Below are positions 41,983 through 51,555 of a stretch of DNA of 64,000 nucleotides, in pieces. The stretch comes from Spirochaetota bacterium (GTDB taxonomy: Bacteria > Spirochaetota > UBA4802 > UBA5550). Both the position numbers and the translations under genes were made by a program. The notes beneath the pieces were generated by a model that was not told where the DNA came from, ran no database searches, and worked only from the letters and a program-made list of their open reading frames with translations. The number at the start of each line of letters is the position of its first letter. The first letter of the stretch is position 1. The stretch is taken from the NCBI GenBank assembly GCA_050298055.1, contig JBNKTL010000013.1:5979-69978 (forward strand). Direction: 5' to 3'.

Positions 41983-42935
41983 CAGACTCTCTGCCGGTTT
42001 TTTTTCCCTCTGGCCCGTATGACCAGGAAGAGGAAAAAAGCCATACTCCCCGAAACAAGGAACAAACCTGATTTAAGATCATGATACGCGTCCCGTGAGC
42101 GGTGCAGCAGGAGTGTATAGGTTCTCCTGAAGATTCTGCCGCCCCTCTTTTCTTTTATCTGAATGAAACTGTTCTTATACGCCGCTGCCCCCCGCGTATC
42201 CAGGTCCCTGTCATGGGGAGGAATACAGGTAAATTCCCCATTACTGTCTGGTTCCAGGGATAAGACAATTCCCTTATCAACGGCCTTTATCTCCGGATAA
42301 TTTCCGGTGTCCCTCCCGGAATTGAGTTTAAACCGGTACACCCGGCCTGTCTGTGGCCAGTAGTTATTCAGAGGGGAGAGAATGCTGACTGCCGGGAAAT
42401 CTTCCGGTTGGTCCGTAAGACCCTCCCTTTCCGGAGGTTTATTCGATTGTCCAAAGAGAGAAAATGAAGTCTCCGCAGTATATACGGCATTTTTCATAAC
42501 TGTAAAAATCCGGACCTCAAAGAAAGATGCCTTCCCGGCTTTGATCTTTATGAGCGCCCTGTTGTCGTGAGAGAGGACTGGAAGCGAATAACAGTTTTTT
42601 TTGTCCACCCTGCAGATTGCCTTAAATTCACTGTGTCTGAAAAGGGAATAGAAGTGTTTTGAACTGCCATTTATCCATAAGACCTGGACAACCGAACCAT
42701 CCTTGTTTTTCAACTGTTTTCCGTACTCTAACCGGATATATCTCTCTTCCGGTACCTGAAAAAGTTCTGCTGAATCTGACGGATATTCAAAGAAAAGACA
42801 TTGAGATATGACTATGAGTGTAAATAACTTATTCACTGTATTCTCATTACAATGGGGACTGCTTTTTTTTACAGGTACTCCGGGATGGGATAAATATACG
42901 GATTCCCCGTAACCGGGTTCTTCTTCATTGAACAC
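41982..42935 (-). CDS. Hypothetical exported protein with C-terminal TM anchor (DUF4198-like?; likely GTG start at 42836)
   Basis: N-terminal hydrophobic peptide, PDSNGEF segment, C-terminal TM plus basic tail. Confidence 0.6.
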   Translation of the reverse strand: MFNEEEPGYGESVYLSHPGVPVKKSSPHCNENTVNKLFTLIVISQCLFFEYPSDSAELFQVPEERYIRLEYGKQLKNKDGSVVQVLWINGSSKHFYSLFRHSEFKAICRVDKKNCYSLPVLSHDNRALIKIKAGKASFFEVRIFTVMKNAVYTAETSFSLFGQSNKPPEREGLTDQPEDFPAVSILSPLNNYWPQTGRVYRFKLNSGRDTGNYPEIKAVDKGIVLSLEPDSNGEFTCIPPHDRDLDTRGAAAYKNSFIQIKEKRGGRIFRRTYTLLLHRSRDAYHDLKSGLFLVSGSMAFFLFLVIRARGKKNRQRV

Positions 42936-43651
42936 TCCCTGTCGAAAAGTGAACTTACCAGCTCCCCGGTCAGGCAGTCCGCCGTTTTCCCGTGGCAGAA
43001 TATCCCGCCCCCCTTGAGACCCATTATGCTGCTGCAGTAATCGGAGGCCATGTTTATGTCGTGCAGGACCGTAATAATCGTGGAGCCCTCCCGGTTCAGC
43101 CTGTGCAGCAGGTCCATGATCCGGATAGAGTGTTTAATGTCCAGGCTTGAGACCGGTTCGTCACAGATGATGACGTCCTTGTTCTGCGCTAATGCCCGTG
43201 CCAGGCAGACCAGCTGAAGCTCACCCCCTGACAAACGGGAGAGAAGGCGGTCCTTTAAGTGGACCGTTCCGGTTATCTTCATTGAATCATTTATTATTTC
43301 CCGGTCTTCCCGGGAATTTTTTTCCCAGAAATTCAGGAAAGGGAACCTTCCCATACCGATGAAATTTTCAACCCTGAAAGGATTGATGTTCGCGAGGAAC
43401 TGCGGTAAAAATGCCATTCGCCGGGCTATTTCCATCGGCTCGTATGATGAAAGTTTTTGACCGTAAAAATCTACAGAACCCTGCAACGGCTCAAGGAGAC
43501 CGGAGAGTGTCTTGAGGAATGTGCTTTTCCCCGCGCCGTTGGGGCCGATAATTCCCAGAAAATCCTTTGGGGCAACGGAAACATTTATGTTCCTCAGTAC
43601 CCGGATCGTGCCGTAACCCGAGTCAAGGGAGTCAACGTCAAATATGTTCAT
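42869..43651 (-). CDS. btuD: Cobalamin/siderophore ABC transporter ATPase
   Basis: GPNGAGKST, LSGGE, CDEP, VLHD. Confidence 0.82.
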   Translation of the reverse strand: MNIFDVDSLDSGYGTIRVLRNINVSVAPKDFLGIIGPNGAGKSTFLKTLSGLLEPLQGSVDFYGQKLSSYEPMEIARRMAFLPQFLANINPFRVENFIGMGRFPFLNFWEKNSREDREIINDSMKITGTVHLKDRLLSRLSGGELQLVCLARALAQNKDVIICDEPVSSLDIKHSIRIMDLLHRLNREGSTIITVLHDINMASDYCSSIMGLKGGGIFCHGKTADCLTGELVSSLFDRECSMKKNPVTGNPYIYPIPEYL

Positions 43652-44622
43652 TACGCCACCCCCCTTCTCATCATGAGGACAAGGAAAAATATCCCCCCGA
43701 AAAAACCCGTGATGACACCGATGGGTATTTCGTAGGGAGGGGCAATACTCCTGCCCAGCATATCACAGAGAGCGAGAAAGACGGCCCCGGTTACCGCCGA
43801 GAAAAGGAGAAGCCTGCCGTGATCGGGACCGAAAATATTCCTGGTTATGTGCGGTATGATAAGCCCCACAAAACCGATGACTCCCGCAAGGGACACGGAG
43901 AGGGCGGCCAGGAGTGAAGCGATCCAGAAAAGACTTTTAACGTCCTTCTGTGACACCCCCATGGACTGCGCCAGTTCGTCCCCGAAAGCTATGATATTCA
44001 GGTGCCGGTGATATGTAAAGGCAAAGACGATAATAACGAGGGACAATAATGCCGCCCTTCCCATCATTTCATACCGGGCTATGGAGAGGTCCCCCATGAG
44101 CCACATGAGCGCTTTATGGACCTGCTGGGAGGGCGAAAGGGCAAAGATCAGAAGCACCGTTGCCCAGAGGATAAAGCTGAGGGAAATTCCCGCAAGGATC
44201 AGCGTTGAGGAACCGAACCGTCTCCGCCTGGACACCATGTAGATAAATGATGCCGCCCCGAGACTTCCCATGAGGGCGCCGGATAAAATAAAAAGACTGC
44301 TTTTTGAAAAAATAATACCGAAACACGCCCCCAGGGAAGCGCCGCTGGAAACGCCGATCATATAGGGGTCCGCGAGGGGGTTCTTCAGAATAGACTGAAA
44401 GATAACGCCGCTCACCGCCAGGGAGGAACCGATAAGAAGGGCCATCCCCAGGCGGGGGACCCTGAGACTGAGGAGCACCCTCATTTCATTTGTTTCCGGC
44501 CTTCCCTGCAGGGTCTTGATAATATTCGCCGGGGATATAAAGGAGGACCCCAGGGAGAGTGACAGCAGAATGATCACACCCCCAGCAAGCAGCAGGAGAA
44601 TATACCTGGATTTATTGCTCAT
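43651..44622 (-). CDS. btuC: Cobalamin ABC permease (FecCD family)
   Basis: LRVPR, NPLADP..GVSSGA, IGFVGLIIPH. Confidence 0.85.
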   Translation of the reverse strand: MSNKSRYILLLLAGGVIILLSLSLGSSFISPANIIKTLQGRPETNEMRVLLSLRVPRLGMALLIGSSLAVSGVIFQSILKNPLADPYMIGVSSGASLGACFGIIFSKSSLFILSGALMGSLGAASFIYMVSRRRRFGSSTLILAGISLSFILWATVLLIFALSPSQQVHKALMWLMGDLSIARYEMMGRAALLSLVIIVFAFTYHRHLNIIAFGDELAQSMGVSQKDVKSLFWIASLLAALSVSLAGVIGFVGLIIPHITRNIFGPDHGRLLLFSAVTGAVFLALCDMLGRSIAPPYEIPIGVITGFFGGIFFLVLMMRRGVA

Positions 44623-45520
44623 TAAGTTTTTCCTTCTCTCTTTTAATGATCCCCGTTACCTGTTCAACGGATTTCACATAATCTCCCGGTGTATAGAGGC
44701 AGATGTTTTCAGATTTCAAGGGATAGATACTTTTGTTTTTCATGACTTTTAAGTCCGGGAAGTCTTTCAACGATCTTACCAGGGACCTGTTGTTTGTTCC
44801 CGTATGGTACAAAATTGAGACGATAATATCGGGATCAAGTTTTACCAGGTGCTCCAGGGAGAGTTTCGGATAGGGACGGCCCAGAAGCCTCATACTGTTT
44901 ATCCCCCCCGCGTCATTGATGACCTTCCCGATATAGGTAACGTTGCTCACTCCCACAATGGGTGTGTTTGACACAAGGAGCGCGATGGACGGTTTACTGC
45001 CGACTGAAATTATTGAGTCCAGCTTCTTCCTGTATTCTTTGAGTTTTTTCTCTGCCAGTTTTCTCTTCCGGATAATTGTTGCAAGTTCAAGATAATTCTC
45101 ACAGATTGAATCAAAACTGCGGTTTCTTCCAAATTTATGGACCGCAATCTTCGTGGCCTTCAACATGTCAACAAACTGGACCACGTTGTCCTCTTCGGAC
45201 ATAAAGACAATATCCGGTTTTAATTTTACGATCTCTTCGATATTCGGCCGCACCAGTGTTCCCACTATTTTGATCTTCCGCGTCAGGGGAGGATGATAGG
45301 ATGTGACCCCCACAAGAAGGTGTTCCGATTCAAGATCAATGACCTGGCGTGTTATCGCGGGCGAAAGGGCGATGATCCTATTGACATTGCCGGCTGTTTT
45401 TGAAACTGCCGGTTTCTCATCCGGGGGGAAGAGAAAAACAGAGAAAGAGACCAGGAGGAGTAAAGGAATTTGATATAACCGGATCTTCTTCAGGTGTATT
45501 AATAATATACTCAGTTTCAT
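44612..45520 (-). CDS. btuF: Periplasmic cobalamin-binding protein
   Basis: RIIALSPAIT, PNIEEIVKLKPD, YPKLSLE...DPD. Confidence 0.8.
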   Translation of the reverse strand: MKLSILLIHLKKIRLYQIPLLLLVSFSVFLFPPDEKPAVSKTAGNVNRIIALSPAITRQVIDLESEHLLVGVTSYHPPLTRKIKIVGTLVRPNIEEIVKLKPDIVFMSEEDNVVQFVDMLKATKIAVHKFGRNRSFDSICENYLELATIIRKRKLAEKKLKEYRKKLDSIISVGSKPSIALLVSNTPIVGVSNVTYIGKVINDAGGINSMRLLGRPYPKLSLEHLVKLDPDIIVSILYHTGTNNRSLVRSLKDFPDLKVMKNKSIYPLKSENICLYTPGDYVKSVEQVTGIIKREKEKLNEQ

Positions 45521-45532
45521 AGTGGATGCCGT

Positions 45533-46171
45533 TTAATATATTAAATTCAGGTTGTATACAAGCTGGACATTAAATTCCATGTTCTCATCCAGATAGACAT
45601 CGGGAAAGGAGGGAAAAGGAAGCGATTTGTATATTGTCTTTACCCCCGCCCTGTTCAGCATTTCATGTTCACAGCCCTTTACAAGCTTTACGGAACCTGC
45701 CAGTGTTCCGTCCTTCCTCAGAATAAATCTCAATACAACAACTCCCTCCTGGTTCATGCGCCGGGCAGTAAGAGGATAGTATTTCATCCTCTGGATTCTC
45801 GAGAGGACCCTGCTTTTATATGTCTTCATGATCTTTTCCACGGGATTTTTTGAGAGGGAGGCGGGCGCCGGGGAGTTTCTGTTCTTTTCCGCCCCGGTTT
45901 TTCCCGCAGGCAGATCTCCCGGTTTTTTAAAAGCACTTTTTTCCCGGTCATCATTCTTGTTATCTTTCAAGTGACGAAATTCATGATGCCGCCCGTTATC
46001 ATTAATGCTGAAGTTAATGAAAGTGAAACCGGCTTTTTTTGAAGGGAGCTCAATCTCCTTATCTGTCCGCCCGGACCGGGGATAGATGATTACAAGGTGT
46101 AATACCATTGATGCTATTAACGCGTAAAGGAATACCCTGTCCCGGCTTTTATTATTTGCCATTACTTTCAT
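45533..46171 (-). CDS. tonB: TonB energy transducer
   Basis: N-terminal TM with HL; YPLTARRMNQEGVV. Confidence 0.85.
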   Translation of the reverse strand: MKVMANNKSRDRVFLYALIASMVLHLVIIYPRSGRTDKEIELPSKKAGFTFINFSINDNGRHHEFRHLKDNKNDDREKSAFKKPGDLPAGKTGAEKNRNSPAPASLSKNPVEKIMKTYKSRVLSRIQRMKYYPLTARRMNQEGVVVLRFILRKDGTLAGSVKLVKGCEHEMLNRAGVKTIYKSLPFPSFPDVYLDENMEFNVQLVYNLNLIY

Positions 46172-46556
46172 GCGCGAGGCTGATCTCCTTTGCTCCGGAA
46201 CTTTTTATTATTCCCATAATATTAATAAATTTTTTATAGAGTATATTTTCATCACCCTGGAAGATTATTTTCTTCTTCTGCGTTTTTTCCAGCTTCTGTT
46301 TTAAGAGTGACGGGAACAGTTCAGCCTCCACTTCATTTCTGTTGAGAAAGATCTTTCCCTCTTTGTCAACGGAAACGATAATCTCCCGGTTTTTTGCTTT
46401 TTCCCTGCTTCCGGCCACGGGAAGTTTCAGGGATATTGCGGGCCGGAGAAAAGACGATGTGAGTAAAAAGAAGAGAAGAAGCATGAACATAACATCCAGC
46501 AGCGGTGCAACGTCCGGTTTAATTGATGATTTTTTGGCCCTCCTGAAACTTTTCAC
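46152..46556 (-). CDS. exbD: ExbD/TolR
   Basis: PLLDVMFMLLLFF. Confidence 0.9.
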   Translation of the reverse strand: MKSFRRAKKSSIKPDVAPLLDVMFMLLLFFLLTSSFLRPAISLKLPVAGSREKAKNREIIVSVDKEGKIFLNRNEVEAELFPSLLKQKLEKTQKKKIIFQGDENILYKKFINIMGIIKSSGAKEISLAHESNGK

Positions 46557-47173
46557 CCCTGGCTTCTCTCCTTATCGTCAAAAAATATATTCAGTTCTGA
46601 AATCAGGTGCTGCATTTCATCGGACCTCTTGTTCACAAGAGTGTCAAAATAATGATGAAGCGCCGTTACGGGAATTGCCACAATCAGCCCGAAGGCAGTT
46701 GTCAAAAGGGCCTCCCAGATTCCGCCTGCAAGCTGAGTCACATCCGCCTGCCCTCCTATTGAGTAAATCTCCTGGAAACATTTAATCATGCCGATCACCG
46801 TACCCAGCAGACCCATGAGAGGTGTCAGGTGCGCTATTGCCGATAAAGACGGAAGCCTTGTTTCAAGTTTTTTTAACTCTTCGCTGCCGCGCTGGTAGAG
46901 TATTTCTTCCAGCTTTTTTTTCCTTGTTTTATAATTTGTGAGATAAGCCCCGGTTATTTCTCCGAAGACAGTCCCGCTGTTTATTGCAAATCCAATAGCG
47001 CCCTGTATGTCATCAGCCCCCAGGAACGACTTTAAATCGTTAAGGAATTTACTATAAGAATTCCCTGTCCGTAAATAATAGAGTGATCTCTCAATTGCCA
47101 CGGCTACGGCAACAACCGAACAGACCAGGATGGCATACATGACCCATCCGCCCCTGTTTAACATATCAAGCAT
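46553..47173 (-). CDS. exbB: ExbB/MotA/TolQ
   Basis: PLMGLLGTVIGMI, GIWEALLTTAFGLIVAIP. Confidence 0.92.
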   Translation of the reverse strand: MLDMLNRGGWVMYAILVCSVVAVAVAIERSLYYLRTGNSYSKFLNDLKSFLGADDIQGAIGFAINSGTVFGEITGAYLTNYKTRKKKLEEILYQRGSEELKKLETRLPSLSAIAHLTPLMGLLGTVIGMIKCFQEIYSIGGQADVTQLAGGIWEALLTTAFGLIVAIPVTALHHYFDTLVNKRSDEMQHLISELNIFFDDKERSQG

Positions 47174-47247
47174 TAAAAAACCTCAAAAGTTAATAATTTT
47201 TACAACCACTCAACTATACAGAGCCGGGTAGTTTCTCCTCATATTAA

Positions 47248-47290
47248 TAAAAAAACCCGGACCAGTAACGCGGCCCGGGGATTCCCTTTT
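47248..47290 (-). terminator. Riboswitch attenuator terminator of the exbB operon
   Basis: Transcript CCCGGGCC...GGTCCGGG followed by a T7 run. Confidence 0.72.
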
Positions 47291-47347
47291 CTCTCCTCAA
47301 GTCAAGTGAACACGCTTTCTTCCCTCGAAAATCCGGTGTTCATCTAT

Positions 47348-47525
47348 ACAGGCAGGTCTTCTGGTTTCCGGATCATCCTACTGACCGCGCCTTCCCGTAA
47401 GCCTTGCCCGGTTAAAGGTCTGCTTACAGTGGCTTCCCTGCGGTTTTCGTCCCCGGCTACAGCGGCGGGTCCACACCCGATTTTGACGGGTTTCCCTCTT
47501 AGCTCACTGATGAGAACCTGTATAT
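47348..47525 (-). promoter_or_regulatory. Cobalamin riboswitch
   Basis: Minus strand AGGTTC...AAGAGGGAAACCCG, CCCGCCGCTGTA, GCCACTG, GGGAAGG, AACCAGAAGACCTGCC. Confidence 0.93.
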
Positions 47526-47666
47526 CATTAAATAAATATTATTTTAAAGATCAATAAAAACAACCTGCAACAAGCAAAAACCGCAGGGTAAATTTTGTCA
47601 ATTTTATTCAGGCTTTATTCTAAAAAATTACTCATCTGCCATAAAGGCTTATTAACTTCCAGGTTG

Positions 47667-47762
47667 CTGTCATAGCGAGCAAAGCATGGCTATCTGTATT
47701 TAAATAACTGATTTTCTTGAGAAAACAGATCATTACGTCACTTCGTTCCTCATGATGACAGA
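47667..47762. repeat. REP-like family C copy 2 (inverted)
   Basis: 39-bp arm identical to 25388-25426 in reverse complement. Confidence 0.8.
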
Positions 47763-47925
47763 ATGGCCTTTGACTCAAAACCTGAAACTAAACTAATCGC
47801 CTCCGTGGATAATCTTTTGATAATAATTTGTAAATCAAGTTTTGTAATTAATACTTAATTTTAATATTAGTTTGACAAATAAAAGAGCATGAATCAAGTA
47901 TTAATTGAATTCACGGGAAAAAATT

Positions 47926-48393
47926 ATGCCAAAGGAAATACTCACAGAAGATATTGTTAAACTGATCACAGAGGTCTTTGAGGAAAAAGTTCCCTTTAAC
48001 AAAATCATTGGAATGAAGCTGGAACAGATTGAACCGGGCCATTCAAAAATATCCTTTGAAATGAAAGATGATCTGATTGGAAATTTTGCCCTGGGTATTC
48101 TCCATGGGGGCGTTATATCGGCCACCCTGGATGTTGCAGGAGGTCTTACCGCTTTCCTGGGGGTCCTTGGCACCATGAAGGGAAAATCCTTCGAAGAACA
48201 GGTCGGGCGTTTTGCAAAGATAGGGACAATTGACCTCAGGGTGGATTACCTCCGTCCCGGGAAGGGAAAGCACTTTACCGCCAGCGGATCGGTCCTCAGG
48301 ACCGGGAACAGGGTGGCAGTTACACGAATGGAACTCCACAATGAAAAGAACCTGCTCATAGCCCTGGGTACCGGGACCTATATTGTGGATTAG
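47926..48393 (+). CDS. PaaI/YigI hotdog-fold thioesterase
   Basis: ILHGGVISATLD, TIDLRVDYLRPG. Confidence 0.88.
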   Translation: MPKEILTEDIVKLITEVFEEKVPFNKIIGMKLEQIEPGHSKISFEMKDDLIGNFALGILHGGVISATLDVAGGLTAFLGVLGTMKGKSFEEQVGRFAKIGTIDLRVDYLRPGKGKHFTASGSVLRTGNRVAVTRMELHNEKNLLIALGTGTYIVD

Positions 48394-48447
48394 CGCTTCT
48401 CTTTTTCCAGGAGGCTCCTTACTCCCAACAAATCTGTGTTTCTTTAG

Positions 48448-48703
48448 CCCCCAAATCCCCCAGGGGGGGACTTAAGATTGCAATTGATAATTTAACAATA
48501 TGTTATTAAACCAATCCTGTAAGTAAAATTGATAGAAAGTCTCATAAAGAAAGAACTGATTATAATAATCATAGGATGACTTTTTGAAAAATAGAGGGAT
48601 TGCAATACTTCATTTCACTATATATAAAAATAGTACAGTGATTGATAAAATATAAAGTATATTATTAAAAGTTTCAAGGTCCCCCTCTGGGGGATTTAGG
48701 GGG
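48448..48703. repeat. Inverted REP pair (family D) around an AT-rich ~200-bp spacer
   Basis: CCCCCAAATCCCCCAGGGGGGGACTT ... AAGGTCCCCCTCTGGGGGATTTAGGGGG. Confidence 0.75.
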
Positions 48704-48725
48704 ACCTTTGTGGGGAGAAATGCTT

Positions 48726-49988
48726 TCAGGAAAAAAGGTCTGATATCTTTTCATGTATGTCGCTGAATATGTCGGGAAGCTGGCATTCTTCGTTTATCAT
48801 CCCGGTGAGTTTTTTCCCGATCCCGATCAGTTTTTCATCATCAAGGGTCCTGCTCCCCGATTCAATGATCCCCCGGGCGAGCCCCGGGAAGAGAACAAGC
48901 AGGCCGGATTCATCAACCTGGATGAATTCCCTGATTCCCCGGTTTGTTATAAGATCCCTGTCGATCTCACTTTCATCCAGAAGAGAGATAATATTCAGGC
49001 CGGGCCTGATTTTTTCAAAGTTCTCATGGGTGAAGCAGTTCTTCAGAAGAATGACAATGTCCGTGTTCCCGAAGATATTGTCCAGGGTTGTGGCGAGGCC
49101 CCCGTTATTTTCAAAAGTCAGCATCTTTTTCTCATTGTGATCATATCCCAGAACCCTGTAAAAACCGGCCTTTAAAAATATCCGGGCACAGCGCATTGCC
49201 ACAAAATCAATACCCACAATACCTATTGCGGTCTCTGCGGGTTTAAGTCTTTTTTTTGAAGCAATTTTGCTGATTGTTGATAGAAGGTAGAGGGGGATAT
49301 CATCATATCTCTTCGATGTGACCGGAAGATTAATATCCGAATATATCTGATCGTAGGAAAGTGATTCCGTATCGTCAATCTCGATAAATCTCAGGGAGGA
49401 GAATGAGTTTTCTATCCGTTGAACGGCTTTGATCAGGTCATCCAGCTGCCTGAAATTAATGATCAGGGGAATTGGATTCAGGTCGGTCATTCTGCTGATC
49501 ACAACAGAGTCCCTTTCCGCCTCGGCATAGTATTTCAATTTTCTTACTCCGGCAGTTTCATCATCCTCCCTGACACAGCTTATGATGCCGATGTTCTTTG
49601 AAATACCGGAAAATTCAAGACCGGATCCTTTTTTTATTTTGCCCTGGATAAGCTCCGCGGCGCCGAGAAGCCCGATCTCATAATCAACCAGGTTCTCAAG
49701 GGGAAATTTTCCGGATACCCTGAGCAGCCCTCCCCTGATCTTTTCTTCCAGGGCATTGGCGACTTTAATGACCCTGTACTTTCCGGGAAAGCTGTCCAGT
49801 TCATTGATCAGCTGAAGAAAACTGTTTCTCTTCCTGTAAACGATCTCCAGCCTGAACTGCTCATTCTTGTCAGAATCCATTACATATTCGGAATTCTGAA
49901 TACCGCAGCCGCTTTTATAGATATCAAAAACAAGCTGGGGGAACATTCCCTTTTTTATTTCTATTATGACTTCAGATAATAATCTCAA
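48726..49988 (-). CDS. Degenerate ACT-domain malic-enzyme homologue
   Basis: Colinear by eye with malic enzyme (GGLLRVSGKFPL, FPGLARG), but the catalytic motifs are substituted. Confidence 0.65.
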   Translation of the reverse strand: MRLLSEVIIEIKKGMFPQLVFDIYKSGCGIQNSEYVMDSDKNEQFRLEIVYRKRNSFLQLINELDSFPGKYRVIKVANALEEKIRGGLLRVSGKFPLENLVDYEIGLLGAAELIQGKIKKGSGLEFSGISKNIGIISCVREDDETAGVRKLKYYAEAERDSVVISRMTDLNPIPLIINFRQLDDLIKAVQRIENSFSSLRFIEIDDTESLSYDQIYSDINLPVTSKRYDDIPLYLLSTISKIASKKRLKPAETAIGIVGIDFVAMRCARIFLKAGFYRVLGYDHNEKKMLTFENNGGLATTLDNIFGNTDIVILLKNCFTHENFEKIRPGLNIISLLDESEIDRDLITNRGIREFIQVDESGLLVLFPGLARGIIESGSRTLDDEKLIGIGKKLTGMINEECQLPDIFSDIHEKISDLFS

Positions 49989-49999
49989 GAGATGTCCCC

Positions 50000-50995
50000 T
50001 TACTTAAGACGGGTAAATATCATTCTGCCCGCTGTTGTCTGCAGTACCGAAGTGACAGTTACATCAACGTCCCTGTTCAGCATCTTTCTGCCGTTTTCAA
50101 CAACGATCATTGTACCGTCATCCAGGTACCCGATTGCCTGGTCCGGGTCTTTCCCTTCTTTTATCAGCGATACATTCATCTCCTCCCCGGGAAGGACGAT
50201 TGGTTTAAGGGAATTGGACAACTGGTTGATATTGAGTACGGGAACACCGTGAAATTCGGCAACCTTGTTGAGGTTATAATCGTTTGTGATGATCTTCGCA
50301 TTCATGACCTTGCCAAGTTTCACAAGCTTGGCATCCACTTCAGATGTGTCTTTAAAATCCATATCCGATATTTTTACCATAATTGACTGGTCCTTCTGCA
50401 TTTTATTGAGGATATCGAGTCCTCTCCTGCCCCTGTTTCTCTTAATCGAATCGGCAGAATCGGCAATCATCTGGAGTTCATTGAGCACGAAGTTTGGGAT
50501 GACCAGTATGCCTTCAAGAAACCCGGTGTCGCAGATATCAGAGATCCTGCCGTCAATGATGACACTTGTGTCAAGAATCTTGTAGGATATTTCACTCCCT
50601 TTTTCATCTAAACCTGCGGGAAGGATCTTGTTGAAAAGACCAATGTTCTCATTATTTATAACAAAGAACATCATCACGGCAAAACCGGAGATATGGTAGA
50701 TCAGCGGTTGAATAATGCCGCTGTAGTCTTTAAGGGCTTCAATATTCATTGATGAAAAACCGAGACTGAGAAGATGACCGGTTATAAGCCCTGTGATAAG
50801 ACCGATAATTGCAGAGAGAAGCAGCCTCACTGAGAAGGTGTGAGAAACATATTCCACAATCATTATTATTATCAGTGAAACAATTGCGGCAATCAGCGCT
50901 GAAAGAAATGCGGTTTTCAGAGATATGTTGATATAGTATAAAAACGAAAAAACTGCCGAGGTCAATATAAATAATATTCGAAATATAATAATCAT
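50000..50995 (-). CDS. Membrane PIN/TRAM domain protein (YacL family)
   Basis: [39 protein letters not shown]. Confidence 0.93.
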   Translation of the reverse strand: MIIIFRILFILTSAVFSFLYYINISLKTAFLSALIAAIVSLIIIMIVEYVSHTFSVRLLLSAIIGLITGLITGHLLSLGFSSMNIEALKDYSGIIQPLIYHISGFAVMMFFVINNENIGLFNKILPAGLDEKGSEISYKILDTSVIIDGRISDICDTGFLEGILVIPNFVLNELQMIADSADSIKRNRGRRGLDILNKMQKDQSIMVKISDMDFKDTSEVDAKLVKLGKVMNAKIITNDYNLNKVAEFHGVPVLNINQLSNSLKPIVLPGEEMNVSLIKEGKDPDQAIGYLDDGTMIVVENGRKMLNRDVDVTVTSVLQTTAGRMIFTRLK

Positions 50996-51032
50996 TATAT
51001 AAAACTCCTTATAAAATGGTATAATATATATT

Positions 51033-51195
51033 GTAACAACTCAGCTATATAACTAAAAATATGTATATTTAATAAAAACATCAACAATGTGTCCCCGCCG
51101 CCTTTGGCGGCGGGGACACATTAGCTATATTTTTTTTTGTTAATATGCCAATTTTAATATATTAACAATATGATTATTCTTAAACATAGCTGAAT
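51033..51195. mobile_element. MITE/REP family A copy
   Basis: GTAACAACTCAGCTAT...AATGTGTCCCCGCCGCC-TTT-GGCGGCGGGGACACATT...CATAGCTGAAT. Confidence 0.78.
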
Positions 51196-51555
51196 CACCG
51201 GGATTATCCTGATAAAGAAAAAATTTTATGGAATAAAAGAATCAGGCAACAGTCCGGATTTTATTTAAATGTATTTAAAAGATCAATAAATCAATCTGTC
51301 AGAAAGACAACAGATTATAAATTCTTTACAGTATCTAGACAATTACTCCGAAAGTGTATCATATAATATTTTCTCTTGCAACACTTCAGAGCAAAAAAAA
51401 CGATTTTTTTGGATTTTTTATAAAAAACCCGGGAAAACCGTTTCATTCAAAGAAAAAATGGAGCAATGTCATTAATAATGAACAATAACCAACTGATAAG
51501 TTACAGGGGAAAGCAGGCATGAGTAAAGAGAAAACGTGAAGAAAATAAAATACAG

